A stretch of DNA of 64,000 bases from Alphaproteobacteria bacterium (GTDB lineage: Bacteria; Pseudomonadota; Alphaproteobacteria; UBA828), in contig CAXXMU010000002.1 of NCBI GenBank assembly GCA_963667785.2, positions 256,001 to 320,000 on the forward strand. Direction: 5' to 3'. Positions 10,677 to 20,501 of this stretch are shown here, in pieces; position 1 is the stretch's first letter; the number at the start of each line of letters is the position of its first letter. Below the pieces are notes generated by a model. The model made no database searches. It worked only from the letters and a program-made list of their open reading frames with translations, and was not told where the DNA came from. Both the position numbers and the translations under genes were made by a program.

Positions 10677-11627
10677 ATGCATATTCGAATGACATCCGCA
10701 ATTGCCGCCGTCGCCATGGGCGCCGCGGCCATGGCGGGCAATACCTATGCCGCCGATGCCGAGTCCTGCAAGGAAGTGGAGTTCTCGGACGTCGGCTGGA
10801 GCTGCATCACGGCGACCACCGCCGTGGCCACCACCATCCTCGAGGGGCTCGGCTACGAGCCGAAGGCGACGGTGCTCTCCGTGCCGGTGACCTTCGCAAG
10901 CCTCTCGAACGGGGACATCGACGCCTTTCTCGGCCTCTGGCTGCCTACGCAGCAGAGCATGATCGACCCCTATTTCAACGACGGCACCATCGACAACGTC
11001 GCCGTCAACCTGGAGGGCGCCAAGTACACCCTGGCCGTGCCGACCTACGCCTTCGAGGGCGGCGTCAAGACCTTCGGCGACATCGCCGCGCATGCCGACA
11101 AGTTCGACGGCAAGATCTACGGCATCGAGCCCGGCAACGACGGCAACATGATCATCCAGGACATGATCGATACCAACGCCTTCGGGCTCGAGGGCTTCGA
11201 GGTCGTGGAGTCCAGCGAGCAGGGGATGCTCTCCCAGGTCGAGGCCGCTGTCAGGGCCGACGAGTGGATCGTTTTCCTAGGCTGGGAGCCGCACCCGATG
11301 AACCGGCGCTTCGAGATGAGCTATCTCGATGGCGGCGACGACTATTTCGGGGCCAACTTCGGCGGTGCCACGGTCTACACGCTGGCGCACGCCGGCTACA
11401 CCGAGGCCTGTCCCAATGTCGGGAACCTGCTCAAGAACCTGCAGTTCTCGTTGGCTCTTGAGAACGAGATGATGGGCTATATGCTCGACGACGGGATGGA
11501 CCCGCAGGCGGCCGCCCGGAAGCTCGTCGAGATGCACCCGGAGCTGGTCGACCAGTGGCTCGCCGGCGTGACCACGCTGGACGGCGCGGACGGTGCCGCC
11601 GCCGTGAAGGCCCATCTCAGCATGTAG
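10677..11627 (+). CDS. choX: choline ABC transporter substrate-binding protein
   Basis: FSDVGWSCITATT, LSVPVTFASL, NLEGAKYTLAVP, IYGIEPGNDGN, FLGWEPHPMN. Confidence 0.92.
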   Translation: MHIRMTSAIAAVAMGAAAMAGNTYAADAESCKEVEFSDVGWSCITATTAVATTILEGLGYEPKATVLSVPVTFASLSNGDIDAFLGLWLPTQQSMIDPYFNDGTIDNVAVNLEGAKYTLAVPTYAFEGGVKTFGDIAAHADKFDGKIYGIEPGNDGNMIIQDMIDTNAFGLEGFEVVESSEQGMLSQVEAAVRADEWIVFLGWEPHPMNRRFEMSYLDGGDDYFGANFGGATVYTLAHAGYTEACPNVGNLLKNLQFSLALENEMMGYMLDDGMDPQAAARKLVEMHPELVDQWLAGVTTLDGADGAAAVKAHLSM

Positions 11628-11724
11628 AGGGCCAACAGCGCGGGCGGCCCAACGGGCCGATGACGCGGGCGGTCGGCGCTGAGGCGCGCCGGCCGCCTGC
11701 CCCGCCCGGTCGGGGAGGGGCGGC

Positions 11725-12600
11725 ATGGACACCGACGATCTCGGAGTCCTCACCGAAAAGGTGCCGATCGGCAAGTGGGTCGCCAACGCCGTCGATTTCA
11801 TCAAGGACCAACTCTTTCACGAGCTGCGGGCCTTCTCGGAGGCCATCGGCTGGCTGCTCGACGCCTGCGCAGACTTTCTCGGGCTGATCCCCCCGCTTCT
11901 CTTCGTCGCCCTCGTGGCCGGGCTGGGCTACTGGCTGCACCGCAGCATCGCGCTCGTGATCGGCATCGTCATCGGCCTGCTGATCATCCTCAACATCGGC
12001 TACTGGGAAGAGATGCTGTTCACGGTGGTGCTGGTGCTCGCCTCCACCGTCGTGTGCATGCTGGTGGGCGTCCCCATCGGCATCGCCGCGGCCCACCGGC
12101 CGTGGCTCTACCGGGCGCTGCGGCCGATCCTCGACCTGATGCAGACCGTCCCGCCCTTCGTCTATCTGATTCCGACGCTGTCCTTCTTCGGACTGGGACT
12201 GGTGCCCGGCCTCATCGCCACCGTGATCTTCGTCATTCCGGCGCCGATCCGGCTCACCCATCTCGGCATCTCCAGCGCGCCCCGGCCCCTGCTGGAGGCG
12301 GGCCGGGCCTTCGGCGCCAGCGACCTGCAGCTCCTGCTCAAGGTGGAGCTGCCCCATGCGATGCCGAACATCATGCAGGGGATCACCCAGAGCATCATGC
12401 TGTCGCTTTCCATGGTGGTGATCGCCGCGCTGGTGGGCGCCCCCGGCTTCGGCGTGCCCGTGGTGCGGGCGCTCGCCACGGCCAACGTCGCGCAGGGCTT
12501 CGAGGCGGGGCTCGCGATCGTGATCGTCGCCATCGTGCTCGATCGCATCGTGAAGCAGTCCGGGCGGCGCAAAGGCAGGAGGGGCACGGCCGCACGCTGA
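11725..12600 (+). CDS. choW: choline ABC transporter permease
   Basis: PILDLMQTVPPFVYLIP, PAPIRLTHLGI, MLSLSMVVIAALVGA. Confidence 0.92.
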   Translation: MDTDDLGVLTEKVPIGKWVANAVDFIKDQLFHELRAFSEAIGWLLDACADFLGLIPPLLFVALVAGLGYWLHRSIALVIGIVIGLLIILNIGYWEEMLFTVVLVLASTVVCMLVGVPIGIAAAHRPWLYRALRPILDLMQTVPPFVYLIPTLSFFGLGLVPGLIATVIFVIPAPIRLTHLGISSAPRPLLEAGRAFGASDLQLLLKVELPHAMPNIMQGITQSIMLSLSMVVIAALVGAPGFGVPVVRALATANVAQGFEAGLAIVIVAIVLDRIVKQSGRRKGRRGTAAR

Positions 12601-13847
12601 TGGCCGTCATCACCTTCGACCGGGTAGACGTGATCTTCGGCCGGCGGGTCAAGGAGGCGCTCGCGCTGCTCGACGCCGGGGCCGACAAGGACCGCATCTT
12701 CGAAGAGACCGGCCAGGTGGTGGGCGTGCAGGACGCCTCGCTCGAGGTCGAGGCCGGCGAGATCTTCGTCCTCATGGGGCTCTCGGGCTCGGGCAAGTCG
12801 ACGCTGCTGCGCTGCGTCAACGGCCTCAACCGGGCGACACGGGGCCGGGTGCTCGTCGACGACGGCGGGACCGAGATCGACGTCACCGACTGCGATCCCA
12901 AGTTCATGCGGCGGCTGCGCATGGACCGCATCTCCATGGTCTTTCAGCAGTTCGCGCTGATGCCGTGGCGCACCATCGCCGCCAACGTCGCCTTCGGGCT
13001 GGAGGTGCGCGGCGTGCCCAAGGCCGAGCGGCGCGAGCGCGTGGCGGAGGTGCTGGAGCAGGTGGGGCTCGGCTCCTGGCTCGACCACTACCCGCACGAG
13101 CTCTCGGGCGGCATGCAGCAGCGGGTGGGGCTCGCGCGCGCGTTCGCCACCGATGCCGAGATCCTGCTGATGGACGAGCCGTTCTCGGCCCTCGATCCGC
13201 TCATCCGCGAGCGCCTGCAGGACGAGCTGCTCGCCTTGCAGACCACGCTGCGCCGCACCATCCTGTTCGTCAGCCACGACCTCGACGAAGCGCTCAAGAT
13301 CGGCACCCGCATCGCCATCATGGAAGGCGGCCGCATCATCCAGATCGGCCCGCCCGAGAAGATCGTGACCGAGCCGGCGGACGACTACGTGCGCCAGTTC
13401 GTCGCCAACGTGAACCCGCTCAACGTGCTGCGCGGAGTCTCGCTGATGCGGCCGCTCGCCACGCTCCGGAGCGAGGACGACGTTCACCTGCTCGACGACG
13501 AGTCGGCCATGTTCTGCCGGCTGGACGGCACCGGGCGACCGGAGGCATTCAGCCTCGGCGGCGCACCGGCACAACTGGTGCCCTATCGGGAGGACCTCGA
13601 TCTCGCGTCGCTCGACAACGGTGCGATCGTCGCCGGCGGGCCCGACACGACCATGCGCACGGCGCTCGAGGTGCGCCACGAGACCGGGCGGGCGATGCCG
13701 CTGCTCGACGGGGACGGACGGCTGATCGGCGTGATCGGTGCCGCCGAGCTGCTGGCCGCGCTGGTGCACCGGGGCGCGGGCGCGGGCGGCTCCACCGACG
13801 TCGATACCGATGCGCCCGAAATCGAGCCGCCGGCAGCCGAACGATGA
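12600..13847 (+). CDS. choV: choline ABC transporter ATP-binding protein
   Basis: C-terminal part of ORF 11775..13847, ATG at 12600. GLSGSGKST, ELSGGMQQRVGLARA, LLMDEPFSALDP, CBS-like tail. Confidence 0.92.
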   Translation: MAVITFDRVDVIFGRRVKEALALLDAGADKDRIFEETGQVVGVQDASLEVEAGEIFVLMGLSGSGKSTLLRCVNGLNRATRGRVLVDDGGTEIDVTDCDPKFMRRLRMDRISMVFQQFALMPWRTIAANVAFGLEVRGVPKAERRERVAEVLEQVGLGSWLDHYPHELSGGMQQRVGLARAFATDAEILLMDEPFSALDPLIRERLQDELLALQTTLRRTILFVSHDLDEALKIGTRIAIMEGGRIIQIGPPEKIVTEPADDYVRQFVANVNPLNVLRGVSLMRPLATLRSEDDVHLLDDESAMFCRLDGTGRPEAFSLGGAPAQLVPYREDLDLASLDNGAIVAGGPDTTMRTALEVRHETGRAMPLLDGDGRLIGVIGAAELLAALVHRGAGAGGSTDVDTDAPEIEPPAAER

Positions 13848-13858
13848 AGGGAACCCTC

Positions 13859-14668
13859 ATGGCACGCAGGCTCCGCGCCATCGCGCTCTTTCTGCTCGCG
13901 CTGGTCGCAGCCCCGGCGGCGTCCGCGCACTATGTCGATCTCAACCAGGCACTGCACCGGGCGAACACGCTCACCGTGGGCATCGCGCTGACCGGCCAGC
14001 CTTTCGCCTACAAGCGGGACGGCGCCCTGCGCGGCTTCGAGATCGAGGTGGCCCGCGCCGTCGCCGAGGCCCACGGGCTCGCGCTGGAGCTGGTGCGCCT
14101 GCCGCGCTCGCAGCTCGCGGCGGCGCTCGCGGCGGGCGACATCGACACCGCCAACACGCTGGCGCTGGACGCCGAGCCGGCGGGCGTCAAGATCGTGCCC
14201 TACTTGGTGGTCGGCGATCACCTGATGGTGCTGAGGGGCAATCCCTTCCGTATCCGCGAGGCGGACGACCTGAGCGGCCGGGTCACCTCGGTCACCTCCG
14301 GCTCCAGCGCGGAGCGCTTCGCCCACGACCTCAACCGGGAATTCGAGGAATCCGGCCGGGCGCCCATGCACGTCCATTCCTTCCCCGACGACCGCTGGAC
14401 CCACTTCCCGGTCTCCATGGGCCACGCCCAGGGCTATTTCACCCGGACCGTCAGCGCCGTGGCGGTCGACGCCGATCCCGCCTCGCGCAACCGCCTGGTG
14501 GAAGGCGTGTTCCACCCGGTGCGCGAGGTGGGCTTCGCGATCAAGGCGGACAACGACAAGCTCCACCACGCGGTCGAGCACGCCGTCGCCGCCATGGTCG
14601 CCACCGGCAAGTACCGCAGGCTGCGCGAGGAGCACGGCCTGCCGGTCGATCTCTCGCCTTACCGCTAG
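13859..14668 (+). CDS. family 3 (polar amino acid-type) substrate-binding protein, orphan
   Basis: Signal peptide MARRLRAIALFLLALVAAPAASA, then LTVGI..PFAY..GFEIEVARAVA, C-terminal M.ATGKYRRL. Alternative start at 13844 overlaps the choV stop. Confidence 0.78.
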   Translation: MARRLRAIALFLLALVAAPAASAHYVDLNQALHRANTLTVGIALTGQPFAYKRDGALRGFEIEVARAVAEAHGLALELVRLPRSQLAAALAAGDIDTANTLALDAEPAGVKIVPYLVVGDHLMVLRGNPFRIREADDLSGRVTSVTSGSSAERFAHDLNREFEESGRAPMHVHSFPDDRWTHFPVSMGHAQGYFTRTVSAVAVDADPASRNRLVEGVFHPVREVGFAIKADNDKLHHAVEHAVAAMVATGKYRRLREEHGLPVDLSPYR

Positions 14669-14673
14669 CCGCC

Positions 14674-15606
14674 CTACACGCCCCTGAGGCGGGGGTCGAG
14701 CGCATCGCGCAGGCCGTCGCCGATGTAGTTCACGCTCAGCACCGTGAGCGAGATGGCCAATCCGGGCCAGAGCACCCGCTCCGGCGTCACCGAGATGAAG
14801 TTGGCGCCGTCGAAGAGCAGCCGCCCCCAGGTCGGGAAGTCGGGCGGGAAGCCCAGGCCGAGGAAGGAGAGGGCGGATTCGGTGATGATGGCGTTGGCGA
14901 TGCCGAGCGTCGCCGACACCATGATCGGGCTCAGCACGTTGGGCAGGATGTGGCGCATGATGATGCGCCGCCTGCGCGTGCCGATGCTGCGCGCCGCGGT
15001 CACGAACTCGCGCTCCCGCAGCGCCAGCACGTCGCCGCGCACGATGCGGGCGGTCTGCATCCAGCTCGTGATGCCGATGATGAACACCACCAGCAGGAAG
15101 ATCCCGCTCTCCGGGCCGAAGGCGGCGCGCAGGCTGTCGCGGAACAGCATGATGACGACCAGCAGAAGCGGCAGCAGGGGGAGCGCGAGGAACATGTCCG
15201 TGAGCCGCATCAGAAGGCCATCGAGCCGCCTGAAGTAGCCGGCGAGGACGCCCACGAGCGTGCCCAGCACGAGCGAGATCAGCATCGCGGTGAAGCCCAC
15301 CGCGAGCGATATGCGCCCGCCCGCCAGCACCTGCGCCAGCGTGTCGCGGCCGAGATTGTCGGTGCCCATGGGATGCTTGAGGGAGGGGCCCTGGTTCTTC
15401 GCCAGGATGTCGAGATAGTGCGGGTCCACGCCGTGGACGAGCGGGCCGACGGCGACCGCCAGGGCGATGGCGAGGAACACCCCTGCGCCGGCCAGCGCGC
15501 CGGTGTGGTTGCGGAAGGCGAGCCACACGTCCATCCAGAGCGAGCGGTGGCGTCCCGTGGCGCGCGCGGGGCCGCCGAAGTCGGATGAGGGTGCCGGCTG
15601 CATCAC
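14674..15606 (-). CDS. peptide/nickel ABC permease (DppC-like)
   Basis: HPMGTDNLGRD, RHILPNVLSPIMV, ESALSFLGLG, GDGLRDALDPR. Confidence 0.92.
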   Translation of the reverse strand: MMQPAPSSDFGGPARATGRHRSLWMDVWLAFRNHTGALAGAGVFLAIALAVAVGPLVHGVDPHYLDILAKNQGPSLKHPMGTDNLGRDTLAQVLAGGRISLAVGFTAMLISLVLGTLVGVLAGYFRRLDGLLMRLTDMFLALPLLPLLLVVIMLFRDSLRAAFGPESGIFLLVVFIIGITSWMQTARIVRGDVLALREREFVTAARSIGTRRRRIIMRHILPNVLSPIMVSATLGIANAIITESALSFLGLGFPPDFPTWGRLLFDGANFISVTPERVLWPGLAISLTVLSVNYIGDGLRDALDPRLRGV

Positions 15607-16620
15607 TCAGCCGTAGCGGATGCGGGGATCGAGGACGCCGTAAAGCACGTCCGCGATCAGGTTGAAGACCACGATCAGCACCGCGAAGAGGAACGAGAGC
15701 GTCTGCACCAGGGGAATGTCGGCACCCTGGATGGCGGTGATGAGAAGCTCGCCGATGCCGTTCACCCGGAAGATCTTCTCGGTGATGATGGCGCCGCCGA
15801 AGACGGTGGGGATGCCGAGCGCGATCAGGGTCACCACCGGGATCAGGCTGTTGCGCAGCACGTGGATGAAGAGCACGACCCTCTCGCGCAGGCCCTTGGC
15901 GCGGGCGGTGCGCACATAGTCCTGGGTCAGGTTGTCCAGCATGGCGGCGCGCATGAAGCGGCTGATCTGGGCCGCGTTGAAGAGCGCCAGCACCATCACC
16001 GGCATGGCCATCTGCTTGACCTGCACCCAGAAGCTCGAGAGGTCGGTCACCCGGTGCGTGGTGTCGTAGATCGACGGCAGCCATTGCAGGGTGACGCTGA
16101 AGACGATGATCGCGAGCAGGCCGGTGAAGAAGGTCGGCACCGAGAAGCCGATCATGGAGACGAAGGTGCCGAGCTGGTCGAACCACGAATACTGCCGGTA
16201 GGCGGAGACGATGCCGATCGGCACGGCGATGAGGATGCCGATGAGGTAGGAGAGCCCCACCACCCAGAGCGTCTGCGGCAGGCGCTCGATGATGAGGTCC
16301 ACCACCGGGCTTCGCGTCGCCCAGGAGTGCACGCGCAGCCGCTCCGCCGAGGAGCCGATCTCGACGCCAAAGGCGCGCTCGATGAGGTTGAGCGGCTCGT
16401 TGACGAAGAACTGTTCCATCCATCTGGCGTAGCGGATGTGGAAGGCTTCCCCGAGCCCGAGGGACTCGCGGATCTGGGCGCGCGCCTCGGGCGAGATGGT
16501 GAGCGGGAGCTGCCCGGTGGGGTCGTTGGGCGCGAGGTCGAGGAGGGCGAACAGGATGAAGCTGATCGCACCGAGCGTCGGCACCGCGAAGACCAGGCGG
16601 CGGACGATGTAGTGGATCAT
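15607..16620 (-). CDS. peptide/nickel ABC permease (DppB-like)
   Basis: YIVRRLVFAVPTL, DYVRTARAKGL, HVLRNSLIPVVT, NLIADVLYGVLDPRIR. Confidence 0.92.
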   Translation of the reverse strand: MIHYIVRRLVFAVPTLGAISFILFALLDLAPNDPTGQLPLTISPEARAQIRESLGLGEAFHIRYARWMEQFFVNEPLNLIERAFGVEIGSSAERLRVHSWATRSPVVDLIIERLPQTLWVVGLSYLIGILIAVPIGIVSAYRQYSWFDQLGTFVSMIGFSVPTFFTGLLAIIVFSVTLQWLPSIYDTTHRVTDLSSFWVQVKQMAMPVMVLALFNAAQISRFMRAAMLDNLTQDYVRTARAKGLRERVVLFIHVLRNSLIPVVTLIALGIPTVFGGAIITEKIFRVNGIGELLITAIQGADIPLVQTLSFLFAVLIVVFNLIADVLYGVLDPRIRYG

Positions 16621-16690
16621 CGCCTGTGCCGGGATCGTCGCGCGCGCGGGGAGGCGCCGCGAAGACTGTGATCCGAGTGAGACGTCCGGA

Positions 16691-18403
16691 CTAGCGGTGC
16701 CAGTCCGCCACGTTCCACAGCTCCGAATCCCACGGGTTCACGCGCACGCCCTTGAGCGTGTTCGAATGCGCGGAGATCCTGGCCCGCCAGATGAGCGGGA
16801 TCACGTAGTGGTTCTGAACCATGATGTCGTTCATCCGCCTGGCGATGGCGGCGCGCTCCTCCAGCGAGGCGGTGCGGGCCATCTCGGCGATCAGCGCGTC
16901 GTACTCGGCGTTGCAGGCGCGCGGCACGTTGCCGCCCAGCCACTGCTTCTCGGGCGACGGAATCTCGGAGCAGGCCCAGTTGGCCATGTAGGCCTCGGGA
17001 TCGACGCCGTCGAAGTTGTTCGTGTACATCTGGATGTCGGCGTAGAACTTCAGGTAGGTGTCGGGGCTCGCCGGGTCGCCGCCGAAGAACACCGCCGCGT
17101 CGATGTTGCGCAGCTCCGTCTCCACCCCGATCTCCTTCCACATCTGCTTGATGAGCGCCTGGGTGCCCTGGCGCACGGAGTTGGTGGAGGTCTGGTAGAG
17201 GATCGAGAGGCGCACGCCGTCCTTCTCCCGAACGCCGTCATCGCCCGGCAGCCAGCCGGCCTCGTCGAGGATGCGCATCGCCTCCTCGACGTCCTGGGTC
17301 ATGCACGAGTCGTTGGCGTCCGAGGCATAGACCGCCGGCGCCGGCAGGATGTTGCAGGTGACCTGGCCGGCGGCGCCGTAGCCGAATTCGACCAGGATCC
17401 GGCGGTCGATGGCGAGCGAGAGCGCGCGGCGCACCGCCGGATCGGAGAGGAAGGGGTGCGGGTTGGCGCCGTCGAGATGGAGCGAACGCTTCTCGTTTCC
17501 GAGCGCCGGGTCGTCGTTCGTCAGGTTGACGACCAGCCGCTCCACCATCGTGCCGAAGCCGGCGACGACGCTGCCCTTGCCGTTCGCTACCATCTGCTCC
17601 AGCACCTCCGGCTCGACCTGCAGGTTCCAGGCGTAGTCGAACTCGCCGGTCGACAGCACGGCGCGCGCGGCCGAGGTGGCATCGCCGCCGCCCTTGAAGG
17701 TGACGCTGGCGAAGGCCGGCTTGTCCGGCTCGCGGTAGCGCTCGTTGGCGGAGAGCACGACCACGTCGTTGGCGCGGAATTCGTCCACCTTGAAGGGGCC
17801 GGTGCCGATCGGGCCGAAGTTCTGCTCCGTGCACACCTGGGCGCGGGCGCCGGTGCAGTTCTCGAACTGCGCCTTCTGCAGGATCGGCGCGTTCGAGCCG
17901 ACGAAGGGGCCGTAGGGGAAGGGCTTGGGCACGCCGAAGCGGATGCGCACGGTGTGATCGTCCAGCGCCTCGATCCCGGTGACGTCGGTGAAGCTGGAGA
18001 CCGGGTTGCAGCCCATCTCCTCGTTCATGCAGTACTCGGCGGAGAACACCACGTCGGCGGCGGTGAGCGGCGCACCGTCGGACCAGGTGACGCCTTCCTT
18101 GAGCGTCCAGGTGATGGACATGAGATCGGGCGCGACGCCGCCGTTCTCGACCGTGGGGATCGCCGCGGCCAGCGACGGAAACATGGTGCCGGTATCGTCG
18201 TAGCGGGCCAGCGGCTCGAGTACCATCGACGCCGCCTCGATGTCCTTGGTGCCGCCCGAGAGATAGGGATTGAGCGTCGAGACCGCCTGCCAGTAGAGGA
18301 TGTTCAGGTGGCCGTCGCTGCCGCGCTCGGCCCGGGCCGGGCCCGCGAGCAGGGCGGTTGCAACCAGCGCGATCGCCGCGCTGGAGAGGAGCTTTCCGAC
18401 CAT
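16691..18403 (-). CDS. peptide ABC substrate-binding protein (family 5)
   Basis: Signal peptide MVGKLLSSAAIALVATALLAGPARA, LNILYWQAVSTLNPYLSGGTKD, WTLKEGVTWSDG, WNVADW. Confidence 0.92.
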   Translation of the reverse strand: MVGKLLSSAAIALVATALLAGPARAERGSDGHLNILYWQAVSTLNPYLSGGTKDIEAASMVLEPLARYDDTGTMFPSLAAAIPTVENGGVAPDLMSITWTLKEGVTWSDGAPLTAADVVFSAEYCMNEEMGCNPVSSFTDVTGIEALDDHTVRIRFGVPKPFPYGPFVGSNAPILQKAQFENCTGARAQVCTEQNFGPIGTGPFKVDEFRANDVVVLSANERYREPDKPAFASVTFKGGGDATSAARAVLSTGEFDYAWNLQVEPEVLEQMVANGKGSVVAGFGTMVERLVVNLTNDDPALGNEKRSLHLDGANPHPFLSDPAVRRALSLAIDRRILVEFGYGAAGQVTCNILPAPAVYASDANDSCMTQDVEEAMRILDEAGWLPGDDGVREKDGVRLSILYQTSTNSVRQGTQALIKQMWKEIGVETELRNIDAAVFFGGDPASPDTYLKFYADIQMYTNNFDGVDPEAYMANWACSEIPSPEKQWLGGNVPRACNAEYDALIAEMARTASLEERAAIARRMNDIMVQNHYVIPLIWRARISAHSNTLKGVRVNPWDSELWNVADWHR

Positions 18404-18468
18404 GTCGACGATCCTCCGGAGGTGAGAGGAGCGATGCGCGCGAGCCTGCGCCGCGCCATCATCGGCCA

Positions 18469-19452
18469 TCACTCCGCCAGGTGACAAGCGACCTGATGGC
18501 CGGGGCGGAGCGTGCGCCATTCCGGCGTCCGCTTCGAGCATTCGGGCACGGCCGCCGGGCAGCGGGTGCTGAAGCGGCAGCCGGGCGGCGGGGCGGCGGG
18601 GCTCGGCACGTCGCCGTGAAGGATGATCCGCTCCCGCCGCGCCTCGCGCTCGGGATCGTGCGTGGGCACGGCCGAGAGCAGGGCGCGGGTATAGGGGTGC
18701 AGGGGCTCGTCGTAGAGCGCGTCGCTCGCGGCCAGCTCGACGATCTTGCCGAGGTACATCACCGCCACCCGGTCGGCGACATGGCGGACCATCCGCAGGT
18801 CGTGCGAGATGAAGAGGTAGGTGAGGCCGAAGCGCGCCTGCAGGTCCTTGAGCAGGTTCACCACCTGCGCCTGGATCGAGACGTCGAGCGCGGCGATCGG
18901 CTCGTCGCAGACGATGAACTCGGGGTTCAGCGCGAGCGCGCGGGCGATGCCGATGCGCTGGCGCTGGCCGCCGGAGAACTCGTGCGGGTAGCGGTTGGCG
19001 AAGGCGGGGTCGAGGCCCACTGCCTCCAGCAGCGCCTCGACCCGATCCCGCAGCGCGGCCCCCGCGGCCACGCCGTGCTCGCGCAGCGGCTCGCCGACGA
19101 TGCTGCCCACCGTCATGCGCGGGTTCAGGCTGTCCTGCGGGTCCTGGAAGATCATCTGCATGTGCGGGCGCAGCCGGCGCAGCGCCTCGCCCTGGAGCGC
19201 CGTGATGTCCTCGCCGCGAAAGATCACCCGGCCCGCCGTCGGCGCATCGAGGCGCAGGATGACGCGGCCGGCGGTCGACTTGCCGCAGCCGCTCTCGCCC
19301 ACCAGCCCCAGCGTCTCGCGCGGGCGGATCGTGAAGTCGAGCCCGTCCACCGCGCGCACGGCACCCACCTGGCGGCGCAGGACCCCCCGCATGACCGGGA
19401 AATGCTTGGTCAGGTTCTCGACGGCGAGGAGGGGCGGGGGCTCAGGCGGCAC
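18469..19452 (-). CDS. peptide ABC ATP-binding protein (DppF-like)
   Basis: [44 protein letters not shown] start at 19452. Confidence 0.92.
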   Translation of the reverse strand: MPPEPPPLLAVENLTKHFPVMRGVLRRQVGAVRAVDGLDFTIRPRETLGLVGESGCGKSTAGRVILRLDAPTAGRVIFRGEDITALQGEALRRLRPHMQMIFQDPQDSLNPRMTVGSIVGEPLREHGVAAGAALRDRVEALLEAVGLDPAFANRYPHEFSGGQRQRIGIARALALNPEFIVCDEPIAALDVSIQAQVVNLLKDLQARFGLTYLFISHDLRMVRHVADRVAVMYLGKIVELAASDALYDEPLHPYTRALLSAVPTHDPEREARRERIILHGDVPSPAAPPPGCRFSTRCPAAVPECSKRTPEWRTLRPGHQVACHLAE

Positions 19453-20455
19453 GGGGCGCTCCCGCCTCCGTGTCGTACCAGCAGGCGACCTCGTGGCCGT
19501 CCGCCACCGCGGCGAGCGGCGGGTTCTCCGCGCGGCAGCGGTCGAAGGTGTGGGCGCAGCGCGGCCCGAAGGGACAGGAGGCCGGCGCATGCGCCAGCGT
19601 CGGCGGCTGGCCGGGAATGCTGGCGAGCCGCTCGCCGCTCCCGCCGCCCGGCCGTGGCAGGGCGCGCAGGAGGCTGCGCGTGTAGGGGTGCCGGGGCTTC
19701 GCGTAGAGCGGGCCGACGTCCGCGCGCTCGACCGCCTGGCCGCCATACATCACCATCACCCGGTCCGCGAGGCCGGCGACCACGCCGAGGTCGTGGGTGA
19801 TCCAGACGATCGCCATGCCGCGCTCGCGGCGCAGTCGCTGCAGCAGGTCGAGGATCTGGGCCTGGATGGTCGCGTCGAGTGCGGTCGTCGGCTCGTCGGC
19901 GATCAGCACCTTGGGATCGCAGGCGAGCGCCATCGCGATCATCACCCGCTGGCGCATCCCGCCCGAGAACTGGTGGGGGAAGTCGCCGAGGCGGCTCTCC
20001 GCCGCCGGTATGCCCACCCGCTCCAGCAGCGCCACCGCCCGTCGCCGGGCCGCGCGCCGGCCGAGGCCGAGATGCGTCCTGAGCGGCTCCGCGAGCTGGT
20101 AGCCGATGCTGAGCACCGGATTGAGCGAGGCCATCGGGTCCTGGAAGATGAAGCCCACCTTGGCGCCGCGCACCCGCCGCAACTGCGCCGGGCCGAGGGC
20201 CAGCAGGTCCTCGCCCTCCAGCAGTGCCCGCCCGGAGACGATCTCCGCCGGCGGCGTCGGCAGTAGCCGCAGCAGCGAGAGCATGGTCACGCTCTTGCCG
20301 GAGCCGCTCTCCCCCACCACGCCGAGCAGCTCGCCCGCGTGCAGGTCGAAGTCGATGCCGTTGACCGCATGCACCGCGCCGCCGTCCGGGGTGCGGAAGC
20401 GCATGCGCACGCCGCGGACCGAGAGCACGAGGCTGTCGCCGGAAGGGCGCGGCAT
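19442..20455 (-). CDS. peptide ABC ATP-binding protein (DppD-like)
   Basis: [43 protein letters not shown]. Confidence 0.92.
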   Translation of the reverse strand: MPRPSGDSLVLSVRGVRMRFRTPDGGAVHAVNGIDFDLHAGELLGVVGESGSGKSVTMLSLLRLLPTPPAEIVSGRALLEGEDLLALGPAQLRRVRGAKVGFIFQDPMASLNPVLSIGYQLAEPLRTHLGLGRRAARRRAVALLERVGIPAAESRLGDFPHQFSGGMRQRVMIAMALACDPKVLIADEPTTALDATIQAQILDLLQRLRRERGMAIVWITHDLGVVAGLADRVMVMYGGQAVERADVGPLYAKPRHPYTRSLLRALPRPGGGSGERLASIPGQPPTLAHAPASCPFGPRCAHTFDRCRAENPPLAAVADGHEVACWYDTEAGAPRAA

Positions 20456-20501
20456 TGGGTGGCTCCCTCCTGCTCCGGCCCGCCGTGGGCGGGACGCCGT
20501 C

